This document shows positions 53,470 to 64,000 of a stretch of DNA of 64,000 bases, one piece after another. Each line of letters starts with the position of its first letter. Position 1 is the stretch's first letter. The notes below the pieces were generated by a model. The model worked only from the letters and a program-made list of their open reading frames with translations. It was not told the DNA's origin and searched no databases. The stretch is taken from the NCBI GenBank assembly GCA_013239625.1, contig MU054187.1, positions 14,354,974 through 14,418,973 on the forward strand, read 5' to 3'. The position numbers were made by a program, and so were the translations under genes. Source of the DNA: Lama guanicoe. Its lineage: Eukaryota.

Positions 53470-54960
53470 ATTACCATTCATTTAATATAAAGTAAGGTAA
53501 TATTAGCATAAAGATTGGCAAATAGATTAACGGAACAGAACAGAGAGCCCAGAAACAGACCCACGCTTACATGATTGTTTGATTTTCAACAAAACATCAA
53601 AGTAACCCAACTATGTTAGGAATCCTAACTGAATATGTATAAAAAAACAAACAAACAAAACCTCAACAGGCAAAGATTTTGTAAAATGGAGATAAATAAT
53701 CATCAAATTAAAAAACATAAGTTGGACTACATCAAACTGTAACTCAATGTTAGAGCGCGTGCTTGGCATGTACAAAGTCCTGGGTTCAATCCCCAGTACT
53801 TCCACAAACAAAAAAATATTAAAAACTGTGTCCATGAAAATATATTGATAAGAAGATGAATAAGAAAGCCAGAGACTAAGAAAAATATTGCAAAGCATAT
53901 ACGACAAAGGATTGGTATTTAGGATACTAGTAAAGAACTCCTATAATTTAGTAACAAAAAGACAAACGATCTATTTTAAAATGGACAAAAACTTGAACAG
54001 ACTCTCCACAAGGAAAGATATATGAATGACCAATAAACACACATTAAAGTATTCAACATCATTAGTCACTGGGGAATGACAAATTAAAATCATAACAAGA
54101 TTATCATTAAACACCCACCATTATGGATAAAACTAAAAGGGACAGCACCAAATGTTGACAAAGATGTACAGCAGGTGAATTCTTGTGCATGGCTGGTGGG
54201 AGTATCAAATGGTGTTTTATATAAAATGTACACCTACCCTATGACCTGGCAATTCCACTCTTAGGGATTGGTCCAAGAGAAACGGAAATAAATCCATAGA
54301 AGACTTGTACAAGTTCACAGCAGCTGTACTCATGGTAGTTAAAATCTGCAAACTGCTCGTGTTTATCAAAACGAGAATGAATAAACAAACTGTGGCATAT
54401 TTGTGCCATGAAATACTTAACTATTTGGCAATAAAAAGAAACTACGGATACATGCAACAACATGGATAAATCCCAAAAATGTTTTGCTGAGTAAAAGCAG
54501 CGTTACACAAACAAGTGTATATACTATATGAGCTCACTGATATGAAGTTTGGAACAGACAAAACTAATATATCATGGAATAGTACCAGAACAATGGTTGC
54601 CTTTGATGATGGTGAGGGCTGGGATTTACTAAAGAGGGACCTGAGAGAGTTTCTTACGGTGATGGTAATATTTTATATCTTGACAGGGGTTTGAGTTACA
54701 CAGGCATATGGTTAGAACTTGTCAACTGGTACACTTTAGGATTTCATTGTATATTTGTGTATTTTATTGTATGTAAATTTTACCTCAAAAGGAAAAAAAG
54801 GAACCACAAACAAATACTGAACTCAAGTTATTGACATGCATGTGAAATCCTTGGAGGGGAGGAGTATATGAATGTCATTCCTTTCTTTGAAATGCATCCC
54901 CCAAAGATAGGTTAACACGAGAAATGCTTAGAGACATATATGATGAGGCAAGGTCAGCAG
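53470..54960 (+). mobile_element. L1M (L1MC-like) ORF2 remnant and 3' UTR
   Basis: AGAACAGAGAGCCCAGAAACAGACCCAC, AAATGGACAAAAACTTGAACAGAC, CCCTATGACCTGGCAATTCCACTC, ATACATGCAACAACATGGATAAATC. An older L1ME piece lies at ~53140-53430. Confidence 0.85.
53737..53816 (+). mobile_element. 5'-clipped Vic-1-like SINE nested in L1M
   Basis: TGTAACTCAATGTTAGAGCGCGTGCTTGGCATGTACAAAGTCCTGGGTTCAATCCCCAGTACTTCC splits the L1 motif GGACTACATCAAA|ATTAAAAACT. Confidence 0.85.
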
Positions 54961-56505
54961 TCACGATTGCAGGTGATTTACAATAAGCATGTATAATTTT
55001 TCAATTTACAAAGTGGCATTTTACCTCTACTAACAGATACTTCTTTCATCTTTGTATGCAATGAAGTTTAATGATTGAATAATTTTCAAGTCCATCTTTG
55101 GCAAATGTCAAAAGAAGGTATTAAATAAAACCAGTTCAGTTTGATCAGTGGAGCTGAATATCAAAGTTTGTCATGTTTTTGAACAAGATAAAAATGCAAC
55201 GGTGGTTGTACCACCTTCTATTAAACATCTATGACATGGCTCAGAGGAAAGACTCTTTTAAAAATAATCTATATTAACAATAAACTGTAAGCCACTTGCA
55301 CTGGAATTAGAAATATAAAATTATTAAGAAATAATGTTACCTTAAATTTTAATGGAAAGTTTGTTATCAAATAACACTTTGAATTTTATCAATCGCTGAT
55401 TTAAATGCATGCAGAAGGAAAAACAACATTTTTCCAATTGTGTTGTGGCAACAAAATGGAGATAAATAAGTCACCAGACACAGTAGAACCCCCCAGGGTC
55501 ATGTATAATAAGAGTATCTTATTATAATCTCAGAGTTCCTTTATTGTATATTTATAATAAAAATCTAAATTGTGCTCTCATTTCTAAATTAATATATTCT
55601 AGTGATAAAAGGAAGAGTTTTTACTCTTTATTTGCTGGGTATTATCTTTTATTTGCAATTGAAACAATAAATCTACTTTTATATTACATTCTGGGATGAC
55701 TGGCTATAGCCCAAAATACCATGCACGGAAAATGATCTGTGCAATTTAGAAGTGGACCAGTCTCTTGAGGTATTCTAAGCACCAAATATATTACTATATA
55801 TAAAATTTGATGAAATATAGGGCCATATGTTTATGGTATTCAATAATTTACAGATATTATATTAAGCATGCTACTCAATGTTATAAAAACCACATAACAG
55901 GCCTCAGAAGGATTTCTTTATTTTGTTGAGTGGGAGAATGTACTTTCTCTCAGTTATACAAATACTTAGCATCATACATCAATAAAGTAAAAGTCCTCTG
56001 CCGTTTAATTGGAATTGAAGGGTATTTTTTTCTTCACTAGTTAATGAGTATAAGAAATGGTCAAAATAGTAAAAAGAATTTTTCTAACAAGCTATTTTAA
56101 AAAACACGTATCAGTTACTTTACCAAACGATTTCATTACTTATTTAATGTCCTCTCTACTTAGTGTAACATAGAGTCTTCCAGTCATCGAACAAAATGCC
56201 AATAAAAAGTCATACCTTTTTCATCACCTTAATTTAAAGACATGGGCTCTTAAATCATAAACTACGAGAGGGAGTAACTCACAAAGCTCTCTCTATATAA
56301 CATATATGTGTATAGTTAACGCTAATTCTTGGGTTTATCTCATGAAAAATGTGACTATAAAATAACAATGATTAAAATACCTCATAAATTATGTATACAA
56401 ATGAGCACCGTCTGAATATTCATCTAGAGAAACAACAATGGATACAGTTAATGAATTCCATTTCAGAGCTGTCTTTCAGAAGATTGTCTCCCTCAAGGGT
56501 GGGTG

Positions 56506-56557
56506 CTCTCCCTCTCCCTCTCTCACGCACACACAGACATACACACACACACACACA
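56506..56557 (+). repeat. Compound (CT)n(CA)n microsatellite
   Basis: CTCTCCCTCTCCCTCTCTCACGCACACACAGACATACACACACACACACACA. Confidence 0.85.
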
Positions 56558-56894
56558 AAGTTGGCTTCTTTTATGCTCACACTTTCAGACACAACAACAG
56601 TACTTAGCCAGCATCTCCAAATACCTTGTAGTTATTTTTAAAAAAATCAAAGCCACCACAAAAAGTGATAAAGTTGCTACCAAAAGGATATTTGGAAAAT
56701 TCTGAAGATATTTCTGAAAGTGGAAACTTAGATGTATCACTAAAATAAACACACAGTGCCTCCCAGGACCCTAAGATGACCACTTTGGAGGAACCAGTGC
56801 TTTACTGAGACGTACACGCTCTGGCATGTGAGTGCGTCTGTGTGTGTTTTAACTGCCACGTTGGCAGGAAGTGCCAGGATGGGAAGGACTGTGT

Positions 56895-57015
56895 CAGGTA
56901 CCAGAAAGTCTGGGCTGGAGTTTCAGCTCTGCCATTTGTAAGCTGTGCAAGTTTGGGTAAGTCCCTTCACTTCTCTGGGTTTCAATTTCCTCACCTTTAA
57001 AATGAGTTTATCTGG
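56895..57015 (+). mobile_element. MIR SINE fragment, interrupted by MER33
   Basis: CAGCTCTGCCATTTGTAAGCTGTGCAAGTTTGGGTAAGTCCCTTCACTTCTCTGGGTTTCAATTTCCTCACCTTTAAAATGAG. Confidence 0.8.
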
Positions 57016-57017
57016 AC

Positions 57018-57334
57018 CAGCACAGCCCAATAGAAATATCATGTGGGCTACATATGTAATTTTTATAGCCACATTTAAAAAGTAAAAAGAAACATATAAA
57101 ATTAATTTTAATAATATATTTTATTTGGCCCAGTATGTCCCAAATTTTATCATTTTAACATTTAATCAATAAAAATCATTATGGGATCTTTCTTACACAT
57201 TTTGGGGGGGGGGTACTAAATCTTTGAACCCGTGTGTATTTTACACTTACAGCACACATCCCAGTTTGGGCTAACCACAGTTCAAGTGCTCGATAGCCGA
57301 ATGGGGTTAATGGTTAACACACTGGACAACCTGG
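57018..57334. mobile_element. MER33 (hAT-Charlie MITE)
   Basis: CCAATAGAAATATCATGTGGGCTACATATGTAATTT...AGCCACATTTAAAAAGTAAAAAGAAACA...TGTGTATTTTACACTTACAGCACA...TTCAAGTGCTCGATAGCC. Confidence 0.88.
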
Positions 57335-58893
57335 ATCTAGACAGTTGCTAACAGTTCCTTTCATCTTAAAAACTTACTACTTTGCTGTCAAAAATTAATA
57401 CATTAACCACAAAATTAGCATAAAATTCAGCACAAGTATATGAAAATCACAGATTAAATGCTTCCATGGAACCTCTACTTTCATCAGGAAAGATTCATTA
57501 ATATCCTATCTTATCTGGCATTTTTAAACTCTGGACGATTTTTCCTAACATTGAACAATCATTAAGAAGTAAAGAACTGGCAATTACCTTCTGAACTCAA
57601 CCCCACAGAGAGTGGATTACTTAATCTATTAAATTGGCTTGAGTCTACTAATAATTGCCAAGTCCCCATTTCATATTATATGATGCAGATTTGGCCTTAA
57701 TCTGAAGCTTAGATCTTTATGCAATCATAAAAATAATGACGGTTTTTCAAATGAATAAACATTCAAAATGATGACTACAGTGATAAAGCCTATTTAATTT
57801 CTGCTTTGTTTCACTTAGTCCAAATTACTAGGGCTATCAGAGTTTTCTATTAGTGAAGCACAACACAAGTGAATCAAAGTTCAAAAATGGATATCACTGT
57901 CAATTCTTGGGGGCTTATTACGGGAAAGGCCATATTCATTAAAACAGGTAGTAATATTCAATAATATTTCCTTAATAATAATTGAGAAAAATGTATAAAC
58001 CACTAGCTATCATGTCATTAGTCATTTAGTAACTTAAAGGCTGGAGTAGAAACTACTGGCATCACAGGACAACTTCTCAGTTATCAATTATACCTGCAAC
58101 AGACTCCCACAAATAATCTACCTCCAGGTACAATTGAACATCATCTCAATCAGCTTATGAGTTTGTTATACCAAACTTTACAAAAAAGCTCTCTGACATT
58201 GCTATACTCTTTTTTTTTTTTGCTATAATCTTTTGAAACTTCACTTTCCCCCTCAAACTTATAATCTGATAATAATAGCACACTCAAGTGTTTCTGTATC
58301 ATTATAAACCATTATATAACCAAATTCTTATTTTTAAAAAAATTGCTAATAGAACATCCCACGTGCTCTGTCAAAATATAAAACCTGTTCCTGCAAATCT
58401 CCAAGATGTATTTTGACATTATATATAGTGAAAGCTGACATTAATTCATATTTACAGGCAACATAGCAACATTACTCATCCTTTAACAACTAGTATAACA
58501 TACACAGTATTTGTAAATTTGCCTATAAGATAAAACATGGTTATTTGACGTCAACTTTCTACATGACTTATATTATTTAAGGAGCATTCAGCAGAGCCAG
58601 TCTGACACATCATACTGTCTCATTTCTGGAGGAAAAAAGGTAAGCATTCTTGCTATCCTGCAGTCATCTATAATTAATTCCTCCAGGCAATTATCTTTTA
58701 CATGTCAGAGGCCAGGGAAGAAAGTAATAAAGGCAAAGTCAGAAAACTTTTAATGTTGTGTGGCCCCTGCCAAGTGTACTGCCTGGCACTTCTGGGATAT
58801 GCATGTTTGTTGCAAGAACAGTCATACAGCATCTACACTGTACATGTAAGTGTGTAAACACTGCAGCCTGCATGCATTCTACCTATAAAGAAA

Positions 58894-58917
58894 TACACAC
58901 ACACACACACACACACA
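58894..58917 (+). repeat. (CA)n microsatellite
   Basis: About 11 uninterrupted CA units within RY-alternating flanks. Confidence 0.9.
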
Positions 58918-59318
58918 ATACATGTACTGTGCAGGCATGTTTCCTTTTTAATTTGAGAAATGTGTTGTTAAGAATTTTTAATCTGATTCTGAAGTCTGAA
59001 TCATAGCTCTCCATTTGGGTAGCATCAACACTGAAGTCTCTTCCCAGCTTTCATTCATCATGCACTCCATTCATTCATCGAGTATTTACCTAACCGGCAC
59101 TGTAACAGGTGTGGGTCTGTTACAAAAAGAGTAAGTATATCATGAAGACAAACACAAAGACCAGTCACTAGCGCTTTGGAAACAAGGGAATTGCTATTTG
59201 GGGAGATTAAGAAACTTGCTCAAGGTAATCTATCCTATAAATACAAGAACCAAGTATCAGATCTCAAGCTATATGTCTTCCAACCGTCCCTGAGCCATAC
59301 CTAGAGCTGGTAAGGGAG

Positions 59319-59773
59319 TGTGATGGTTAATTTTATTTGTCAACTTGGCTGGGCTGCAATGCCCAGCTGCTTGGTCACAACACTGGTTTAGACGTTGCTG
59401 TGATGCTATTTGGTAGATGTACTTAATATTTATAATCATTTGACTTTAAGTAAAGGAGGTTATCCTGGATAATGTGGGTAAGCCTCATCTAATCAGCTGG
59501 AGATCTTAAGAGCAGAATCAGGTTTTCAGAGAAGAAGCAATTCTGCCTCAAGCCCATAACACAGAAATCCTCTCTGAATTTCCATCCTGCCAGCCTGCCC
59601 TACAAATTTCAGCCTCGGGAATGCAACATCAACTCTGTATTTCCAGCTTGCTGATCTGCACTACAGACTTCGGACTTGCCAGCCCCCACAACTGCATGAA
59701 CCAACTATTTAAAATGTCTCTGTCTACATATACATCCTATTGGTTGTTTCTCTGGAGAACCCTAACTGATACA
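59319..59773 (+). mobile_element. ERVL solo LTR, MLT2D-like
   Basis: TGTGATGGTTAATTTTATTTGTCAACTTGGCTGGGC...CCTATTGGTTGTTTCTCTGGAGAACCCTAACTGATACA. Confidence 0.9.
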
Positions 59774-60106
59774 AGCAGTCATAGCTAAATACAGAGCTTG
59801 GCAAAACATCAAAATGTGGACGATAATGCAATTCATGGAAGTGGATTGGACACAAAAGGAACCAAGGTCCCAAGGGTGAAACTTGGGTACAACAGCAGTT
59901 AAGTGACCAGGAGAAGATAAGGAGTTAAAAGGAAGAGCTAAGTCAAGGCAAAAGAGGTTTTTGTGAAGGACGGAAGCAATTCTGCAGAAAGGTCAGACAG
60001 GATGAGGGCTGAGTGCAGGCTCTGGTATTTGGCGAGGAGGGGACAACAGTGACCATGGCCAGGGCAGCTGGAATGGTGGTTGGAATGGAAACCATACTGT
60101 GTTCAT

Positions 60107-60146
60107 TGAGTGTTTACCAGTAAATATGAGTGTTTACCAGTAAATA
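60107..60146 (+). repeat. Perfect 2 x 20-bp tandem duplication TGAGTGTTTACCAGTAAATA
   Basis: Read directly. Confidence 0.95.
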
Positions 60147-62569
60147 AAAGGTGGGAAAATGGAAAGAGTCTGGCCATTGAGGAAAGGGAGAAAATAATAC
60201 AATAGCTCAAAAAGGAAGGTATAGTGGAGGGGGCAGGTTTTTTAGAATGAGGGAAAGAAGCCACTGCAGAACATAAAGCAGATGGCAGCTGTTGAGGAAC
60301 CAAGTCCAGGAAGACACAGACTATCCCAGCATACGGGCTCCAGACCTCAGGGGTAGGGAACAGACGAGCAGCGTACAGGTAAGAGACGCTCTCCGGGGTT
60401 GCTCTGAAGCTCAGGCCCCATGTCCCCTTCATTTCATTTATCCTTTATTTCCTCAGGGAATTCAGAGGTGAGGATTTCGTTGGGAGTCCTTATTAAATAA
60501 TATATGTGTCTAGTGCTATCAGGGGTACAAAAAAGCATGAGACCCATTCGCTACCAGTCTACTTACTTCTCCAGCTAATGTGGCCTGGTATATATTTAGT
60601 CACTAAACAAACACAGAGTTTTAACCATTCCTAGGGTTAAATTATTACTAGCATTGGGTTATACAGTATATTGTGGGAAACCTTTAGCAAAATACACTCA
60701 TTTCTGCCTGTAATTAGTAAAAAGTATTACGGGTCTTCTACTTTTCATTATTTGTAAAAAATTTTTAAAAGAAGTGTGAAAACAAGATTTCTGATACACA
60801 GTTTGGTTATAATTCCAATGATAAAATACCTGCATGATCTTAGCGTCCACAAGGAGAGCACTAATACAATATATGAGCATGATAAAATAGCACAGGGTAC
60901 TGTAATCTTATTCTGTTCAAATGTTTAGAAGACTACACTTGAGACTAGTATGATATGATCAATAAGTCTTCTCTTTTATTATTTTCTAGCTGTGAATATA
61001 AAGTGATTAGACAAATAATATGTAACTAGTTTTCCCTTAAAATATAAAGGAATTTGCACAATTTTCTTACATTCTATTAAACGAGGAGATGGGTGGTTAG
61101 AGGCTAAAGCCTTTAGGTTCTCCAGTGATGCATTAACTAAACCAAAAGGACAACTTTACTCATTTCAAAATGTTTTATTATAACAGCAATCTTCGAAGGC
61201 AAACACAAAAGATTCTACCATGCTTAGATTTTAAAACATAAATAACCAATTTAATGCATCACTAATGATGTACAATAGATGTCTTCTTGTAGCACCAATT
61301 CAAATAAGAGACTGATGTAATCTGCCAGATACTTCAAAGTAACTACTTTGGTAATAAGAAAACACTTCTATTGTGCAAACTTTCCTACTAAAAAGAAGTT
61401 GCGGAAACCTTCCCAGTTGGATGTTTACTAAGTAAAAGTGTTGAGCTCTCATTAAGATGTTATTTAATAAGAAAAAGAGAACTAAGTACTTTAGATCTTA
61501 AAATTTTATCTTGAATAATGTTAGGCTTTTAAACGGAAATGTATCTCTATACAAAGTAGATATCAATGGCAGAGTATGACCTATTTTAGAATTGTGTATT
61601 TATAGTCAATGTATTTATACTCAGTGTCTTCAAATTTTAAATATGTTACGTTTGTTGCTATTATGTTATACACTCCATATACACACACTCCAGATGCCTT
61701 ATCTATGAAGTAAGTGTACTAGCACATTTCACTTCTCTATAAATCTTCCCCAGCAAGAATAAATAAAACATTTCCCAGATTCTAGATTTCTGAAGGTAAA
61801 GGCTTAGCTCAGTTTCCTGAGCATACTCTATTCTAACATTTAACGTATTTTTCCAGGAAAAGAACCTTAGACTTCTCTCTGCCTTTCTTCTCTCTTATCT
61901 ATCATGGCATCTATCATTCCAGCCTTAATAGAAAAAAAGAAGCAAGAAATTCAACTAAGATTTCCAAAGCATGTTTAATAAGATTATTGTTCTTTGACCA
62001 AGGCCATTTGCAATCTGTCTTTTGGTCCACAAATGTCAAGCAAAATAGAAATGTAAATTAAGACGTTTTCAATTTTCTGTTGTTTCTTCCCCAGGAGCAG
62101 CTAATCCTGGGAAAGTACCTATTATTCCACAAAGGAACAAGGAGTTTCCATTTGTGTAGCCACTGCAAAGGGGTGTCCAGAAGTGGCACACAGGAGATGA
62201 TACTTAGGGGTCTTTTCAATGGTTTTCAAAAGACCCAGGACCTAATTATCTAAGATTTTTATGGCTAACGATAGAGGGGCAGAACTGACACCCAAGATGT
62301 TACAGTAGGATTTTCCTTAACTGCATAATATTTTAGACTGTATCTTCTCAATTAAAGAAAAAACCTAAATGATTTGAACCATGTAGTGATAAATTGTATT
62401 ATCAAGTGGGCAGCACTGTATTATTTATTCTACAGAATTTTAGAACTAGAAAAATAGTAGTCCTTGAATTAATTTGCTTGATTATTTCTTGCTTAATATT
62501 AATTGTTGTATATGCCCTACACCAGTACATTAGCCATAATTGCTTCGCATGTCTGCAGATTGTCATGAC

Positions 62570-63070
62570 TTCTCATGACCCGCTGGATGAAGTCCAAATT
62601 CTTTGTCCTGGTGTCCAAGACACTTCATAGTCTGATCTCTAGCTCACTCTCGCCCTGGTTCCCACTAATATCTGCAGACCAATGCTACACTTTAACCAAA
62701 GGGTTCTGTCCCCTAAATGAGCCTCGCCCCTCCCTCTCCGTGCCTGGGCTCAGGCTTGCCCAGCTGCCAGAGCCAATACCTTTCACTAAATGCCTTTTTT
62801 CTCTATTCAGAGGGAAGTCTGGTTCATCCTTCTTCTACAGAGAAGGCCACCTTCTGCATAAAATTTTCCTAGTCAAAGAAGTTCCTTAAACATTTTGCTT
62901 ATATTCAGCATAGGTCACATATCTTTAATTTGCATTACAGATTTTATTCCAATCATGGTCATCAATCTTTAGGGACAGCACCCGTTTCTTATGTACACCT
63001 TTAGACACAGATCATCACACTGCCTTGTATGCAGCAGACATCCAAGAAAGGTTTATTGAGTGAATTAACT
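62570..63070 (+). mobile_element. L2 3' fragment
   Basis: GGATGAAGTCCAAATTCTTTGTCCTGGTGTCCAAGACACTTCAT...CACACTGCCTTGTATGCAGCAGACATCCAAGAAAGGTTTATTGAGTGAAT. Confidence 0.6.
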
Positions 63071-64000
63071 TTTATGTAATCATAACCTTTTATTCTGGAT
63101 TTATTCTTATATGAGCGTTCATTGTAGAAACCATTGGCAAAACCTGTTACTGCCTGTAATCTCCTCTCAAAAGCAAACAATAGAAATGATTAATCTCTCA
63201 ATTATAAATTCAATTGGAGGTGAGACTAGAGATCAGCCTCATTCATAAAACGAGACAGCAGAAGCCCATAACGATCCTGAGGCCAGGGACTAAGCAATGG
63301 GCTCTGAATGAGAGGTTTCCTTGTAACTGTGAAAAAGATACACTGCATATCGAAGCGTGCATGGGGCACGTCATTTGGCATAAAATAGGAATGAATACCT
63401 GGTACACTGAAGTGCTTTATAATGAAGTTTTGCTGAACATACGCCTTACTACTCTATTGAAGTGGTCAAATTTTAAAACCTCCAAATCAAGGAGGCTCAA
63501 AGTAATAGCGAGGCTCATTTCCTGGGATGATACATGGGTCTCTGCTCAGTTCTGTCATCTACGTAAATTGAGAAGCCTGTAATGGAAGAATTAATAAAAT
63601 AGGGGTTCCTTTCATGGAACTGACCTAATCGGTGAATCACAGTTTGAAAGTTACTCATCTAAAACAACAACAAAACACCCAAGCACCTTGCCTCCTGTGT
63701 AAAAAGCAACAGTGTTGGTGGTGGTTGGGTTTTTTTTTTTTTTTTGGCACACAGAGATACTGAATAAATATTTGTTGAATGGATGAATGGCTGCTTTTTT
63801 TTTTTATCAGAATATTAAATAAGGACACTGTGACAAGTGATGCAATGCTAATATCTTAGCATGTACTTTAGGGGAAGAAACTAAAAATTTGCCCCTTGGC
63901 TGAGATTTGAGAAATGTTCTCCCAGCTTTATACTGTTTCTGGTTCTGTAGGACAACAGTTCCAGGGAAACCCCATCGCCTTCTGATGGTTCTGGCCTGGG

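Noticed and set aside
567-63582. The many 60-175 aa ORFs in the track as host genes (e.g. 722..1186, 8461..8859, 27617..28102, 39806..40321)
   Set aside because: No recognisable domains. Many start at GTG/TTG or overlap repeats or N-runs. This is the background expected in mammalian non-coding DNA.
1-64000. Naming the host gene or locus
   Set aside because: No sequence could be tied to a specific gene with confidence. It needs BLAST or liftOver.

Overview
This is mammalian genomic DNA, almost certainly camelid (alpaca/camel lineage), judged from six copies of a tRNA-derived Vic-1-like SINE and a young L1 with an intact ORF2 C-terminus. It is essentially non-coding. I recognise no host protein in the ORF track; the only real protein-like sequences are L1 ORF2 remnants. 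The first ~43 kb looks intergenic, with old L1M, L2, MIR, MaLR LTR and hAT fossils and a repeat-free, motif-dense block at ~11.2-15.3 kb. The AT-rich right third looks like the 3' end of an unidentified minus-strand transcription unit, with a candidate terminal exon at ~44160-43280 and a long upstream intron. Four observations stand out. (1) A local inverted plus direct duplication at 33.6-35.2 kb could form a ~180-bp dsRNA stem and carries three AP-1 sites. (2) The N-runs appear to be exact-length masks of real sequence rather than assembly gaps, which flags three hidden unique segments. (3) A twin-primed, 5'-inverted L1 is nested inside an older L1. (4) A 3'-truncated SINE head lies between direct repeats. 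I found no evidence of a new multi-gene system. Repeat subfamily names come from my memory of consensus sequences, and boundaries of old repeats are approximate.
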